A DNA stretch of 64,000 nucleotides from an uncultured Planctomycetota bacterium (GCA_963845755.1 CAWJTV010000033.1:1-64000), one strand, 5' to 3'. Shown: positions 44,088-54,649, counted from the stretch's first letter. Made by a program: numbers and translations. The notes: generated from the sequence alone by a model not told the origin.

Positions 44088-44615
44088 TGGTCGAGGACCT
44101 TCGGCCTTCACGAGTTCGCATCGATCGGTCCGCTCGACGAGGGTCGGTGATTGGCGTCACGGCTTCTGACCCGACTCTCGGTACCGCCTCCGGTGAGGAT
44201 TCCCACGGAATTCACTCGCAGGCGCGTTGGGCCCTTAAGCAGTCCGGGTGCGCGGCCCGCCTCGAGAGAACCTCTCAAGTTCACCGATTCTGGCCCATCA
44301 GCCAAAAATTCTTGTTTTCAGGAACAACCCTCTTGTAGTCGGCTCCGCCGTGGGATACAACACGCATACCGAATATCACCAAGCCGATCGCGTCCGCATG
44401 CGGGTTGAATCCAGATCACCCCATCGCCGCGGTGATCGCCGATTCCAACCCGATCGGATCACGACCGACTGGGCCCTCTTGTCGTGCTCACTTTCGATCA
44501 CGGCTGCTTACGGCGTGGAAGATCCTCGCCGTGGATTGCCGCGCGTCCGCGTCAGCCCCGGAGGGAGTAGATTCGCCGCCGGGTTCCTGCGCCGCCGGGG
44601 CAGAACTCCGAGTCC

Positions 44616-44640
44616 GTAGGTCAGGCTTTCTACCCGAGAC
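44616..44640. repeat. Half REP copy next to the IS5 end
   Basis: GTAGGTCAGGCTTTC is identical to the first 15 nt of the REP at 26529. Confidence 0.55.
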
Positions 44641-44644
44641 CTTA

Positions 44645-45553
44645 GAGCGCTCGGAAAAAATGAGTTCACTGGCCCAGGAGCCTCAAACAGATCAAGGAAC
44701 ATGCTAACTTGAGGAACGCGTCTTGAATCTCGGTGAGCCGATCCAAACGGCGGCGCAGCCGGCCGAAGGAGTGCAGCCACGCGATGGTCCGCTCTACGTA
44801 CCAGCGGGACTTGCCCAAACCGCTGCCGTGCTCCGTATTGCGGGCCGCCAGCACCGGCGTGGTCCCCCGGCCGCGCAAACCCTGCCGCACCGGTTCCGAG
44901 TCGTAGCCCCGATCCCCCTGCAAGCGGTCGGGCTTCTGCCGCTTCGGCCCCGGCTTGCCGCCCACCGGCGGCATGTCGTCGAGCGTCGTGAAGACCTGGG
45001 TGATCTCGGGGACGTTGGCGGCGGTCACCGTCGCCGCCAGCGGCACGCCTTGGGCGTCGGTCATCACGTGGTGCTTGCTGCCGGATTTGCTCCGGTCCGT
45101 CGGATTCGGGCCGGTATCCTCGCCCCCTTCCGGGGCCTTGGCGAAGGAGGCGTCGATCAGCGCCCGCTCCCAGTCGATCGCGTCAGCGCCGTTGAGCTCG
45201 GCCAGCAAGACGGCGTGCAACTGGCGCCAGACACCGGCCTGCTGCCACGCCTGCAGGTAGGACCGGCAGGTCTTGCCGCAGCCGCAGCCGAGGTCGGCGG
45301 GCAAGTCGTCCCAGGCGATGCCGGTCTTGAGCACGAACAAGATGCCGGTGAGGATCTTGCGGTAGTCCAGGGGTTTGCGTCCCGGGAAGCGGAAGCGGCG
45401 CGGAGGCGGGGGTGGCAGCAAGGGCTCCAGGCGCTTCCACAGCGCATCGGAGACAAGGGGTTTCATGGTGGTCCTCCTTCGGTTCGGGAGATCACTCTCC
45501 GAAGGACTCAAGAGCAGACAGCGTGCCAGTGGATTCATTTTTTCCGAGCGCTC
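44645..45553 (-). mobile_element. IS5-family insertion sequence (909 bp)
   Basis: 28-bp imperfect inverted repeats GAGCGCTCGGAAAAAATGAGTTCACTGG / CCAGTGGATTCATTTTTTCCGAGCGCTC; TTA target duplication at 44642-44644 and 45554-45556. Confidence 0.92.
44666..45466 (-). CDS. IS5-family (IS427-group-like) transposase, intact
   Basis: ILFVLKTGIAWDDLP, IDAS, GPNPTDRSKSGSKHH, GDRGYD and RWYVERTIAWL. Confidence 0.92.
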   Translation of the reverse strand: MKPLVSDALWKRLEPLLPPPPPRRFRFPGRKPLDYRKILTGILFVLKTGIAWDDLPADLGCGCGKTCRSYLQAWQQAGVWRQLHAVLLAELNGADAIDWERALIDASFAKAPEGGEDTGPNPTDRSKSGSKHHVMTDAQGVPLAATVTAANVPEITQVFTTLDDMPPVGGKPGPKRQKPDRLQGDRGYDSEPVRQGLRGRGTTPVLAARNTEHGSGLGKSRWYVERTIAWLHSFGRLRRRLDRLTEIQDAFLKLACSLICLRLLGQ

Positions 45554-45579
45554 TTAGGAAACACCCCAGGAGGTCCATT

Positions 45580-46335
45580 GTGAGAAGTGCGTTGCTTCGG
45601 AAGTTCTTGTGGCTCGAGGTAGGAGCACCCGGTATCGTCCTGGTGCTTGCGTACCTTGTGCTGTCCGAAACCACGCTTGCGGTCCAGGACGACCGCCCAG
45701 TGGTCAAGAAACGCGTTGTCGTCGCCGAGAGCTTCACCCTGAGCAGCCCCAAGCGTGCCGGGACCGCTAGGCTGGCCATCAGCTCAGGTGCTGAGCTGTC
45801 CGTCCTTCAGTTCGGCAGTCCAGACGGGGTAGACAACCTCAAGATGCTCCTCGTCAGAGGGTATCCCATCGTCGTATTATGGGACACCCAAAGGAAGGTC
45901 AACTTGGGCATGGAAGCCGGCCAAAAGGGTAGTGTCCTTCGTCTGATGAACAACAATGATCCGAAGGGGATGTTGCGGATACACTACGGAGAGGGAACGC
46001 CGGGTATTATCATGCGAGGACCAGGTGGAGGAGTGAGATCCTTCGTTGAAGATGGCGTACCCGCACCCGCTTCCTTCCTCAACCTCGCCCCGTCGGGGCT
46101 GGGCTCCGACAATATATCATTGTATGTGAATAATGAAATGGCAGGACTCAGTGTTTGGGATTCCGCCGGCAAACGTCGAACGTCGATGCGACTCGTGGCG
46201 GAGCACGGTTTTGCTGGCTTGGTCTTCTATGATCGTGCAGAGCATCCTCGTCTCTCGATCGAGGGCTCGCGACACTTGGATCCTAGGATTGCAATCCGGG
46301 ACCGTCGTGAGAGGGTTCTCCTGTCGATCCCCTGA
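45580..46335 (+). CDS. Hypothetical membrane-anchored protein with short beta-repeats
   Basis: N-terminal hydrophobic helix and VVAESFTL; repeated hydrophobic-D-x-x-x-x-x-R units. Confidence 0.55.
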   Translation: MRSALLRKFLWLEVGAPGIVLVLAYLVLSETTLAVQDDRPVVKKRVVVAESFTLSSPKRAGTARLAISSGAELSVLQFGSPDGVDNLKMLLVRGYPIVVLWDTQRKVNLGMEAGQKGSVLRLMNNNDPKGMLRIHYGEGTPGIIMRGPGGGVRSFVEDGVPAPASFLNLAPSGLGSDNISLYVNNEMAGLSVWDSAGKRRTSMRLVAEHGFAGLVFYDRAEHPRLSIEGSRHLDPRIAIRDRRERVLLSIP

Positions 46336-46558
46336 CCGGGCGCTGGCCGTTTGGACCGCGGCGGTCGAGATCGTCCCCAAAGTCCGGTAGTTGACCACTT
46401 CCAGATCCAAGCCATGTTGGTTCCCGCCGATGGGCCAGGTTTCGAAATCACTCGTGCGGAAATCTCTTGCTGGAGAACATTCCATGATCAAAGAACCGGC
46501 AGAATCGGGGCGTTCCCGGGATGGTGGGTCCGAAGAATTCGAATCGTCGCGCCGGACG

Positions 46559-47305
46559 ATGATGCGCTGGACCGGCCTCATGCATCGTCTCCGATGGGTT
46601 CTCCTTCTCGCGTTCGCGGTCGCGCTATTCTCGTTGGGGAGGCACGCAGGTGCCGTTCAGAAGGAGCAAGAAATCCTCCGCGCAAGAGCCATCGAGTCGG
46701 AGCGGTTTGAGGTCCGTTCCCCGGACGGCAAGCTCCGTGCGTTGCTGGCTAACGGTCCTGCGGGAGAGACCCTGTTGTCGTTCCACGATCAGGACGCGGT
46801 GCCCCGACTCACAGTGGGGATCGATGCCCACGGTGCGCCGGCCATCTCGTTCTACGGTGAGAAACATGATTTGAAAATGTCCCTTTATCTCGATTCGGCT
46901 GCGCGTGTACCAAAAGTGCATCTGTTCGATGAACGAGGCGAACCGAAGATCAGCATGAGTCTGGACGACCGTCTCGGACCCAGTTTTTCGGTCGGGCGAG
47001 CGGATCAATCCCACATATCGATCGGCGTGTCGAATGAGAAGGGGCCCGTGGTCACGTTCGCCGACGAGAAGAACAACCCGCACATGGTGCTCTCCGTGAT
47101 CGACAAGGAGTCCGTGATCACCTTACTGGATCCGAATCGAGTCGTGCGGGCGCAGTGGAGGGTCCTGGGAGATGGTTCCCCTTCATTCGCTTTGTCCGAT
47201 CAGGCATCCAAAGTGCGGCTGTGGATCTCGACCGACACAGATGGTAAGTCGAGCGTCCAATTCCTCGATGCGAACGGGAAGGTGACGAAGCAGATCGCTG
47301 AATAG
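46559..47305 (+). CDS. Hypothetical membrane-anchored beta-repeat protein (similar architecture to the upstream ORF)
   Basis: TM helix, then ESERFEVRSPDGKLRALL and ~22-24-aa repeats (FHDQDAVPR, LFDERGEPK, FADEKNNPH, LLDPNRVVR, LSDQASKVR, FLDANGK). Confidence 0.65.
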   Translation: MMRWTGLMHRLRWVLLLAFAVALFSLGRHAGAVQKEQEILRARAIESERFEVRSPDGKLRALLANGPAGETLLSFHDQDAVPRLTVGIDAHGAPAISFYGEKHDLKMSLYLDSAARVPKVHLFDERGEPKISMSLDDRLGPSFSVGRADQSHISIGVSNEKGPVVTFADEKNNPHMVLSVIDKESVITLLDPNRVVRAQWRVLGDGSPSFALSDQASKVRLWISTDTDGKSSVQFLDANGKVTKQIAE

Positions 47306-47370
47306 GGGAGGGGGGTAAAGAGGGCCTCTTCTTTGTGGCGGCGTACTTACCGGTCCGCTCCAGGCGGGGA

Positions 47371-47808
47371 TCACTCGATCTCGAAGGTCGCGCCGGTGGG
47401 GTCCCGGGGAACGACCCGCTGGGCCGCACCGTCTACAAGCAGATCGAGGTCTTCCAGGACGATAGCCCCGATCAAGGCCGTCTCGCGCCTCGATTCGCAA
47501 ACCGCGGAGAAGGTCCCGTGACGACCCAGGAGCTGGACGTAGACCTAATCCTCGCCCTTGCGGCGGGCCCGGCGGCCGTCGGCGTAACGGACGTTGATCG
47601 GGTCGCCCAGCGGCAGGCCCAGCCGCTTGACGAGCGTCGCGGGCAATACCAGCTTCGTCCCTCCGGAATCCACCAGGCCCTGGATCGTCTCGCGGCGAAC
47701 CTGATCCGCGGGCAGGTGGCCGGCTTGAGCGAGGATGCGATCCGCATTATTCACGACTTCGATCTCAACGCTGAAGTGCTCCACGCCGTTGGCTCCGCGG
47801 GCTGGCAT
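47371..47808 (-). pseudogene. Clan AA (retropepsin-like) aspartic protease with an in-frame TAG
   Basis: GLVDSGG and VRYADGR, TAG at 47545-47547, then in frame VYVQLLGR...ALIGAIVLEDLDLLVD...FEIE*. Confidence 0.8.
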
Positions 47809-47963
47809 GGCCTTGCTCCTGCCGATCCGAGTCGGAGGATTCCCTGGATCTCTTTCGGACACCATCATCTGCTTGACCAGGTCCTATCATTCGTATCGTG
47901 TTTCAGGTAGAATCCACATCGGATCGATCGCCAAGAGGTTCAATCGTCCGGACCACCTCCACT

Positions 47964-48395
47964 ATGTTTCGCCTGATAGGCGCTCTGATACTGGGCATTC
48001 TTATATTGCCCGACCGGGCTGAGGCGAGCACAACGGCTCGACCGTGTTTTTCGGCAGCGCACTGTCATTTCATCAGAGTAGGGGGGCTCGGCGCAGTAGC
48101 ACGAGCCGGTCAGCATAATCACAAGACCTGGGCGAGATGGGATCGAATCCCACTCCCGAAACCAGCCGTGCTTCTGGACGATACAATCGATTACCCCTCC
48201 GATGAAGAGGATGACGACCCTGACAGTCCCGGCTTTGCGTTCGATCCCGATGACCGCCCCTCTGAACCCTCGACCGCCGCTAACGACCTGGATCTCGTAC
48301 TCGACGAATCAGACCTCCGCTCTCATGTCACGGATTGCCTCACCCCGGGGCGGTCAGGCGCGCGCTTCCTAGAACTCTGCCGGCTCCGATTTTGA
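47964..48395 (+). CDS. Hypothetical protein upstream of the efflux operon
   Basis: Signal-like N-terminus, acidic tract and C-terminal RFLELCRLRF. Confidence 0.45.
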   Translation: MFRLIGALILGILILPDRAEASTTARPCFSAAHCHFIRVGGLGAVARAGQHNHKTWARWDRIPLPKPAVLLDDTIDYPSDEEDDDPDSPGFAFDPDDRPSEPSTAANDLDLVLDESDLRSHVTDCLTPGRSGARFLELCRLRF

Positions 48396-48813
48396 ATCCA
48401 CTCCTCTCGCGCCTTATCACGGTCATCGATCGCCAGCAGGTCGATTTCCGAGTCTGAACGTCGAGGACATCCTCTCTGCCCCCGCCGCGCTGATTGAACG
48501 GCGCAAGGGTTCCCCGGCCTCCGGACGGTCAGCCAACTTAGCGTGAGCTTCCAGAAAGGTCGCTCCGTTGGGTGACCCGACGCGCGAGCAATCCGCACGG
48601 ATAGAACGGGCCGGCCACCTGATCGGCAAGCGTCGATCAGGAGGTCGATCGTCCGGCCGTTCCCAAGGCCGCGATGCCGGTGCGTAATCAGGGCTCTTCA
48701 ACTCATACCTTCCAATTCGTGGGCTCGGAAACCGCAGGGCCTCACCGGAGGAATTCGAGCGAGGTCGCTCGACCGGACTTGACCATATCGAGCTGAGATG
48801 AGGATCGGAAGCG

Positions 48814-51800
48814 ATGGTCCGTTTCATTATCGCCTGGAGCTTGCACAACCGCCTGATCGTGATCTTGTGTATGTTCTCCCTGATTGGATTCGGCATCTTC
48901 TCCGCTGTGAATCTGAACGTCGAGGCGTATCCCGACCCGACACCGCCCTTGGTCGAGGTGATCACCCAGAACCGCGGCGCCAGCCCCGAAGAGATGGAGC
49001 GACTGATTGGCATCCCTCTCGAGACCGCCTTGAACGGGATGCCGGGGCTGGAATTCCTGCGGAGTACGTCCGTTGCGGGGCTCACCGATATTAAGTGTCA
49101 GTTCGCCTACGGGACCGACTACTGGACGGCTCGACAGGAGGTCATCAACCGCATGGGGGCCGTCGACCTGCCGGAGGGGGTCACACCCGGGCTATCCCCC
49201 TGGAGCCCGACCGGCGAGATCGTCCGCTACGTCCTGGAAGCACCCGACTACACGTCTAACCAGATCAAGGCGGTTCAGGACTGGGTGATCAACCGCACGT
49301 TGAAGCAAGTCCCTGGCGTCATCGATGTGACTGGCTTCGGCGGAAGCGTCAAACAGTACCAGGTTCTGCTCGATACTCGTCTCCTGAAGCAGTACGGCGT
49401 GACCATGCAGCAGGTCGAGGACGCGATCAAGAACTCCAATGCCAACGTCGGCGGCGACATACTCACGCTGGGCACGCAGTCCCACAATGTCCGCGCCACG
49501 GGACTCTTGGGCGGTGGCATCGATCCTCTCGACCCGACGAGGGTGGAGCGCGCCATCATGATCGAGACGGAGAAGCTCGACGATATTCGCAAAGTCGTCG
49601 TCAACACCGCGGACGACGGGACGCCGATTTACGTTCGACAGGTGGCTCAGGCGATCGTCGGTTATCAACCGCGACTGGGGATTGTCGGCCGAGCGGGCGA
49701 GAACGATGTTGTGGAGGGCATCGTACTAATGCGCAAGTACGAGAAATCCTTGCCGACATCTGAAGCGGTCGAGGCCAAGCTGAAGGAGATCGAGGAGGAA
49801 AAGCTACTCCCCAATGGCATGAAGATCAGGGTCTTCAATCAACGGACCGACCTGGTCCACGTGACAAGGGAGAACGTCCTGCACAACCTGGTTGTCGGCG
49901 TGGCCCTGGTCATCTCCATCCTCTTCATCTTCCTCGGTAACCTGACGAGCGCCGGGATCGTGGCCATCATGATCCCTCTGGCCCTCCTATTCGCGGTGAC
50001 CGTCCTGTACGCCCAGGGGAAATCGGCCAACCTGCTCTCTATCGGCGCGGTGGACTTCGGGATCATCGTCAACAGCTCGGTCATCATCGTCGAGAACATC
50101 TATCGGCATCTCACGGCGCACGATGCGGACCGGTCTCTATCTTTGACCGACCGCATCATTGCTGCCTCACACGAGATCGAGAGGGCCTTATTCTTCTCGA
50201 CGACGATCATCGTCTGTGCGTTCATTCCCCTCTTCTCGATGACCGGCCCGGAAGGCGCGTTGTTCGGCCCGATGGCCAACACCTATGCGTTCTCGATCTG
50301 CGGTGCACTCCTCCTGGCCGTCACCCTGGCGCCTGTGCTGTGCTCGTTCCTTTTCCACGACGCAATGGTGGAGAAGGAGACGTTCATCGACCGGCTCATG
50401 AAGCGACGCTATCTCCGGACTCTCAAGCTGGTCTTGAGGCATCGTTCTCTGACGCTGGCCATGATGGGCAGCATCGTGATCTTCACGGCCAGGCTCGTCC
50501 CGGACCTCGGCGGTGAGTTCATGCCGCAGTTGGAAGAAGGGAATCTGTGGATCCGCGCCCTCATGCCCCGTACCGTCTCATTGGAAGAGGCGGCCCGGGT
50601 GGCACCTCGTCTGCGCGAGATCATCGCGTCCATCCCCGAAGTCCGGGGAGTCATGTCGCAGGTTGGGCGGCCTGACGACGGCACCGACATCACCGGCTTC
50701 TTCAATATCGAATTCAACGTGCCATTGAAACCGATGGAACAGTGGCGCACGAAGCCGGGACCGCTTGGCGTCTGGCGAGTTGGCCCCTTCCAGGTCGGCT
50801 CGTGGCCGTTCGGTCCCTTCGAATTCGGCCGCCGGACGATCACACGTGAGGAGATTCAGGACGAATTGATGGAGTCGTTTCGGGAATTCCCGGCCCTGAA
50901 CTTCAACTTCTCGCAGCTCATTCGGGACAACGTTGAAGAGGCTCTATCGGGCGTCAAGGGGGCCAATTCCGTCAAGATCTTCGGCGCGGATCTCGAAGTC
51001 CTGGAACGCATCGGGCAAGAGGTTGTCAATGTCTTGCAGACCGTCCAGGGAATCGAGAACGTCGGCATGTTCCACGTCCTGGGCCAGCCGAATCTGGAGA
51101 TCCGGACCGACCGTGAGGCGTGCGCCCGTTATGGCATCAACGTGGCCGATGTCGAGGCCGCCGCCCAGGTTGCCATCGGCGGCCGTGCGTTCTCGCGGAT
51201 GGTTGAGGGGGAGAAACTTTACGACATCGTCTTGCGCCTGCCGCACGACCTGCGCGACGACCCGGGCGATATCGCTCGCATTCCAGTCAACATCCCCAGT
51301 CCCGCGGGTAAGCCGGGGGCCCGCATCCCCATGTCGCATCTGAGCAAAATCGTCCCTCACAACCCAGGGGCTTCATACATTTACCGGGAGAATAACCGCC
51401 GATTCGTGCCCATCAAATTCAGCGTGAGGGGCCGCGACCTCGCCTCGACCATCGATGAGGCCCATCGCAAGGTTAACGACGCGCAAGCGGGGATCAAGCT
51501 TCCGCCGGGCTATCGGATGGTGTGGTCGGGAGAATTTGCCCAGATGGAGCAGGCGAATAAGCGATTGATGTGGATCGTGCCGGTCTCGATCATGCTGATC
51601 CTCTGCTTGCTATATACAACGTTCAATTCGACGAAAGATGCCCTGCTCGTGATGTGTAATGTCCTGGAAGCCGCGATCGGGGGAGTCCTTGCCCTATGGC
51701 TGACCGGCACGCCGTTCAGCATCTCGGCGGCGGTGGGTTTCATCTCGATCTTCGGTGTGGCCGTGCAGGACGGCGTGTTGCTGATCTCGTACTTCAACCA

Positions 51801-52077
51801 GATGCGGGCCGAGGGCATGAGTGTCCGCGAGTCCATTCTCCGTGGAGCGGAACTACGGGTCCGCCCCGTGGTGATGACCTCGCTGACAGCCGCCCTGGGA
51901 CTACTTCCAGCCGCCCTGGCCACCTCGATCGGTTCGCAGGCCCAGAAGCCGTTGGCGATCGTCGTAGTCGGGGGGATGCTCTGTACGCTCTTCTTGACGC
52001 GATACCTCATGCCAGTGCTCTACAGCTACTTCCCTGCCCCGAGGGGTCGGGTGGCTGAAACGGAAGGGACCATATGA
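48814..52077 (+). CDS. CzcA/CusA-family heavy-metal RND efflux permease
   Basis: 1087 aa; SANLLSIGAVDFGIIV, GGEFMPQLEEG, FSISAAVGFISIFGVAVQDG and RVRPVVMT. Confidence 0.93.
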   Translation: MVRFIIAWSLHNRLIVILCMFSLIGFGIFSAVNLNVEAYPDPTPPLVEVITQNRGASPEEMERLIGIPLETALNGMPGLEFLRSTSVAGLTDIKCQFAYGTDYWTARQEVINRMGAVDLPEGVTPGLSPWSPTGEIVRYVLEAPDYTSNQIKAVQDWVINRTLKQVPGVIDVTGFGGSVKQYQVLLDTRLLKQYGVTMQQVEDAIKNSNANVGGDILTLGTQSHNVRATGLLGGGIDPLDPTRVERAIMIETEKLDDIRKVVVNTADDGTPIYVRQVAQAIVGYQPRLGIVGRAGENDVVEGIVLMRKYEKSLPTSEAVEAKLKEIEEEKLLPNGMKIRVFNQRTDLVHVTRENVLHNLVVGVALVISILFIFLGNLTSAGIVAIMIPLALLFAVTVLYAQGKSANLLSIGAVDFGIIVNSSVIIVENIYRHLTAHDADRSLSLTDRIIAASHEIERALFFSTTIIVCAFIPLFSMTGPEGALFGPMANTYAFSICGALLLAVTLAPVLCSFLFHDAMVEKETFIDRLMKRRYLRTLKLVLRHRSLTLAMMGSIVIFTARLVPDLGGEFMPQLEEGNLWIRALMPRTVSLEEAARVAPRLREIIASIPEVRGVMSQVGRPDDGTDITGFFNIEFNVPLKPMEQWRTKPGPLGVWRVGPFQVGSWPFGPFEFGRRTITREEIQDELMESFREFPALNFNFSQLIRDNVEEALSGVKGANSVKIFGADLEVLERIGQEVVNVLQTVQGIENVGMFHVLGQPNLEIRTDREACARYGINVADVEAAAQVAIGGRAFSRMVEGEKLYDIVLRLPHDLRDDPGDIARIPVNIPSPAGKPGARIPMSHLSKIVPHNPGASYIYRENNRRFVPIKFSVRGRDLASTIDEAHRKVNDAQAGIKLPPGYRMVWSGEFAQMEQANKRLMWIVPVSIMLILCLLYTTFNSTKDALLVMCNVLEAAIGGVLALWLTGTPFSISAAVGFISIFGVAVQDGVLLISYFNQMRAEGMSVRESILRGAELRVRPVVMTSLTAALGLLPAALATSIGSQAQKPLAIVVVGGMLCTLFLTRYLMPVLYSYFPAPRGRVAETEGTI

Positions 52078-53441
52078 AAGCAATACCATCAATGGCTCAC
52101 CCCCAAACGTACCAGGAAACGGAAATGCCCGAGCCCGTCTCTGCCACCAGATGGCCAAGGACCTGGTACAAAAGGCTCGCAGCGGCGGCTCTCTGCCTCG
52201 CGGCTGCCGGTGTGTGCGCCGGCGTCGTGGCGTATCCGTCCCGTGCTCAAGACTTCTGGAGAGCGATCAAGACGGCCGTCGTGCGGGTCCCTGTGGCGAC
52301 TCCTGCCCTCAGTAAACCCGCCCTGCCGACAGATCGCCAGCCTTGGGACGGGCTCGTTAAGCTCAGGGGTCACATGCGAGAGGCGATGGGCATCTCGACG
52401 TCGCATGTCGTCCCCCAGGTCGAACCGATCCGACTGGAGTTGCTCGGCACCACGGAATACGATTCCGATAGCTTGCTGAAAATCCGCCCTCTGTTCCAGG
52501 GCCGTGTTGACAAGGTCTACATGACCGTCGGACAGATCGTCAGTAAGGGCGACAAGCTCATCGACTTCTACAGCACAGAACTGGCCGAGGCCAAGGGCGC
52601 CTACGAGATCAAGCACGTCCAGTGGCTCTACGACAAGAGACTGGTCGATATCCGCGAGCCGCTTGCCAAGTCGAACGCCATCTCACAACAGCAGTTCCTC
52701 GAGACTTGCAACGATGAGATGAAGAGCCGACGCGAGTACGCAGTGTCCCGCGATAAACTCCTCATCTACGGCCTCACCGAAGCGGAGGTTGGGAAAATCG
52801 AGGACGAGATCCCCTCGCAGAAGGCCCGGATGACGCTCCGCTCACCCTCCAGCGGCATCATCATCGCTCGCGACGTTGTCGTGGGTAATCTCTACGACAA
52901 AGACGACACACTGCTGACCATTGCGCCCCTGGACCATCTCTGGGTCTGGGGCAACGTCTTCGAAAGCGACCTCGATCAGGTGCGGATGGGGCAGTCCTGG
53001 GAGATCCAGTTTCCCTTCATGACCGAGAAGCTCCACGGGCGCGTCGAATACATCTCCAATCGGGTTGATCCCGGGACGCATGCCGTGCGGATCCGCACAT
53101 CCATCCCGAATCGGGAGGGCCACCTCAAGTCGGACATGCTCGTGCGCGGCATGCTGGAGATCCCGCCCAAGCCAGGGTGGGCGGTCATCCCGCGGACTGC
53201 CTTGATTGTAGCCGATGGCCGGTATTACGTCTTCTTGAAGGCAAAAGCGGAAGCCGATGTGTTCGAGAGGCATTCGGTCGTGCTCGCGCAAGAGAAGGAC
53301 GAGCATGTGATCGTCGAGCAAGGTGTCCGTGAGGGCGATGAGGTCGTCAGCGTTGGAGGGTTGCTCCTGTATCAACTCTACGAAGATCGAAAGATGGTCC
53401 AGACCGGGGAGCCACGTGGATCTGGTGGCGATGATCGGTAG
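52074..53441 (+). CDS. RND periplasmic adaptor subunit (CzcB-like)
   Basis: IRPLFQGRVDKV, LRSPSSGII, LWVWGNVFESDL and VDPGTHAVRIR. Confidence 0.9.
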   Translation: MKAIPSMAHPQTYQETEMPEPVSATRWPRTWYKRLAAAALCLAAAGVCAGVVAYPSRAQDFWRAIKTAVVRVPVATPALSKPALPTDRQPWDGLVKLRGHMREAMGISTSHVVPQVEPIRLELLGTTEYDSDSLLKIRPLFQGRVDKVYMTVGQIVSKGDKLIDFYSTELAEAKGAYEIKHVQWLYDKRLVDIREPLAKSNAISQQQFLETCNDEMKSRREYAVSRDKLLIYGLTEAEVGKIEDEIPSQKARMTLRSPSSGIIIARDVVVGNLYDKDDTLLTIAPLDHLWVWGNVFESDLDQVRMGQSWEIQFPFMTEKLHGRVEYISNRVDPGTHAVRIRTSIPNREGHLKSDMLVRGMLEIPPKPGWAVIPRTALIVADGRYYVFLKAKAEADVFERHSVVLAQEKDEHVIVEQGVREGDEVVSVGGLLLYQLYEDRKMVQTGEPRGSGGDDR

Positions 53442-53702
53442 AGGCGTCGTTGTATCGCCGGCTACGATCAATCGGCCAAATGCGACTGAACTGCCGAGCA
53501 CCTTATGCGATCGGTGATAGTACGGGTCCGCCAGCATGTTGCGGCCCGGAATGATCACTCCCAGCCTCGCGTCAATCCGATGTGCTCCTCGTCTGTGAGC
53601 AAACCAACCGTGAATCGCTCGAACTGGGAGAGGACGGTCCGGGCAGGTAGATGAGCGGATCTCGGACCTGGTGACTTCGTATCTCGATCCTTGAGAACGC
53701 CG

Positions 53703-53882
53703 ATGACTCTTCTCCGCTTCACCCTCGCTCAGTTGATGGCTGTCGTGCTCTATCTCGCCGTAGGTTTCGCCGCCCGCAATGCAGACGAATTCTGGGCGAG
53801 TGCGGCCTACACGCTCGCCATCAGTTTGATCGCAGCGGCTCTTGTCGGTGCCCTTACCTTCAGCGGCGGCGTCTTCCCCTGA
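53703..53882 (+). pseudogene. Truncated N-terminus of a planctomycete membrane protein
   Basis: LRFTLAQLMAVV...ADEFWASA, running into IS4 remnant sequence. Confidence 0.4.
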
Positions 53883-53884
53883 CC

Positions 53885-54372
53885 GGAACCAGCGCGTCTT
53901 CCCCAGTCCCGTTCCCAGGGTGTGGGGCTGGGGTTTCCGCTGGCCCGACTCGTGGTGCTGATCTCGCTGGCCACGGGGTTAGTGCGCGACCTGGCGGTGG
54001 GGCCGTACCGGGGAAAGGAGACGGGCGAGCCGGCGCTGTTCCGCCAGCTCGGGGATCGACTCGAGGCTGACGAGATCGTCCTGGGAGACCGGGTTTTCGC
54101 CTCGTTTTTTGGGATCGTGGGCCTGACGCGACGGGGGGCGGATGGCCTGTTCCGGATGCACCAGACTCGAAAGCGCGACTTCCGCCGGGGCCGGCAGTTG
54201 GGGATCTAGGACCATGTGGTGATCTGGATCAAGCCGGCGCGGCCCGACTTGATGGACGAGGAGACTTATGAGCAAATGCCTGATCAATTGGCGGTCCTCG
54301 AGCTGCGGTTCAAAGTGGAACAGCCGGGATTCCGGGTCGACGAGATCGTGCTGGTGACGACGATGCTGGACG
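53885..54372 (+). pseudogene. IS4-family transposase internal fragment
   Basis: FPQSRSQGVGLGFPLARLVVLISLATG, GKETGE, LGDRVFASF, RRGRQLGI*DHVV (TAG at 54207) and GFRVDEIVLVTTMLD. Confidence 0.75.
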
Positions 54373-54405
54373 ACGTCAGAGCATCTAGAGCCAGGTGTCC
54401 CACCC

Positions 54406-54635
54406 ATGATCATCTCACAGACTCCGTATCGCGTCAGCTTCGCCGGGAACGGCACCGATCTGCCGGCGCGAGTCCAGCGCCGTGCCGAGTCCGGCGCTCG
54501 ATCCGCACATCGATGTCACGATCCACCGCCGGTTCGAGCCGAACATTCGCGTCAGCGACTCGTGGACCGAGGTCGCCGAGACGCACGATGAGGTCCGTCC
54601 CAGATCGTCCGCAAGGCGATGCGGCTGCTGGAGGT
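54406..54635 (+). pseudogene. GHMP kinase (HddA-like) N-terminal fragment
   Basis: MIISQTPYRVSFAGNGTDLP, then a shifted frame with HIDVTIHRRFEPNIRVS. Confidence 0.7.
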
Positions 54636-54649
54636 GGAAACGACTGCCG

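Noticed and set aside
47545..54209. Amber (TAG) recoding suggested by in-frame TAGs in the protease and the IS4 fragment
   Set aside because: TAG is the normal stop of conserved genes here (rpsH, rpsM, rpsS, rplB), no pyl genes are seen, and the IS4 piece is clearly decayed.
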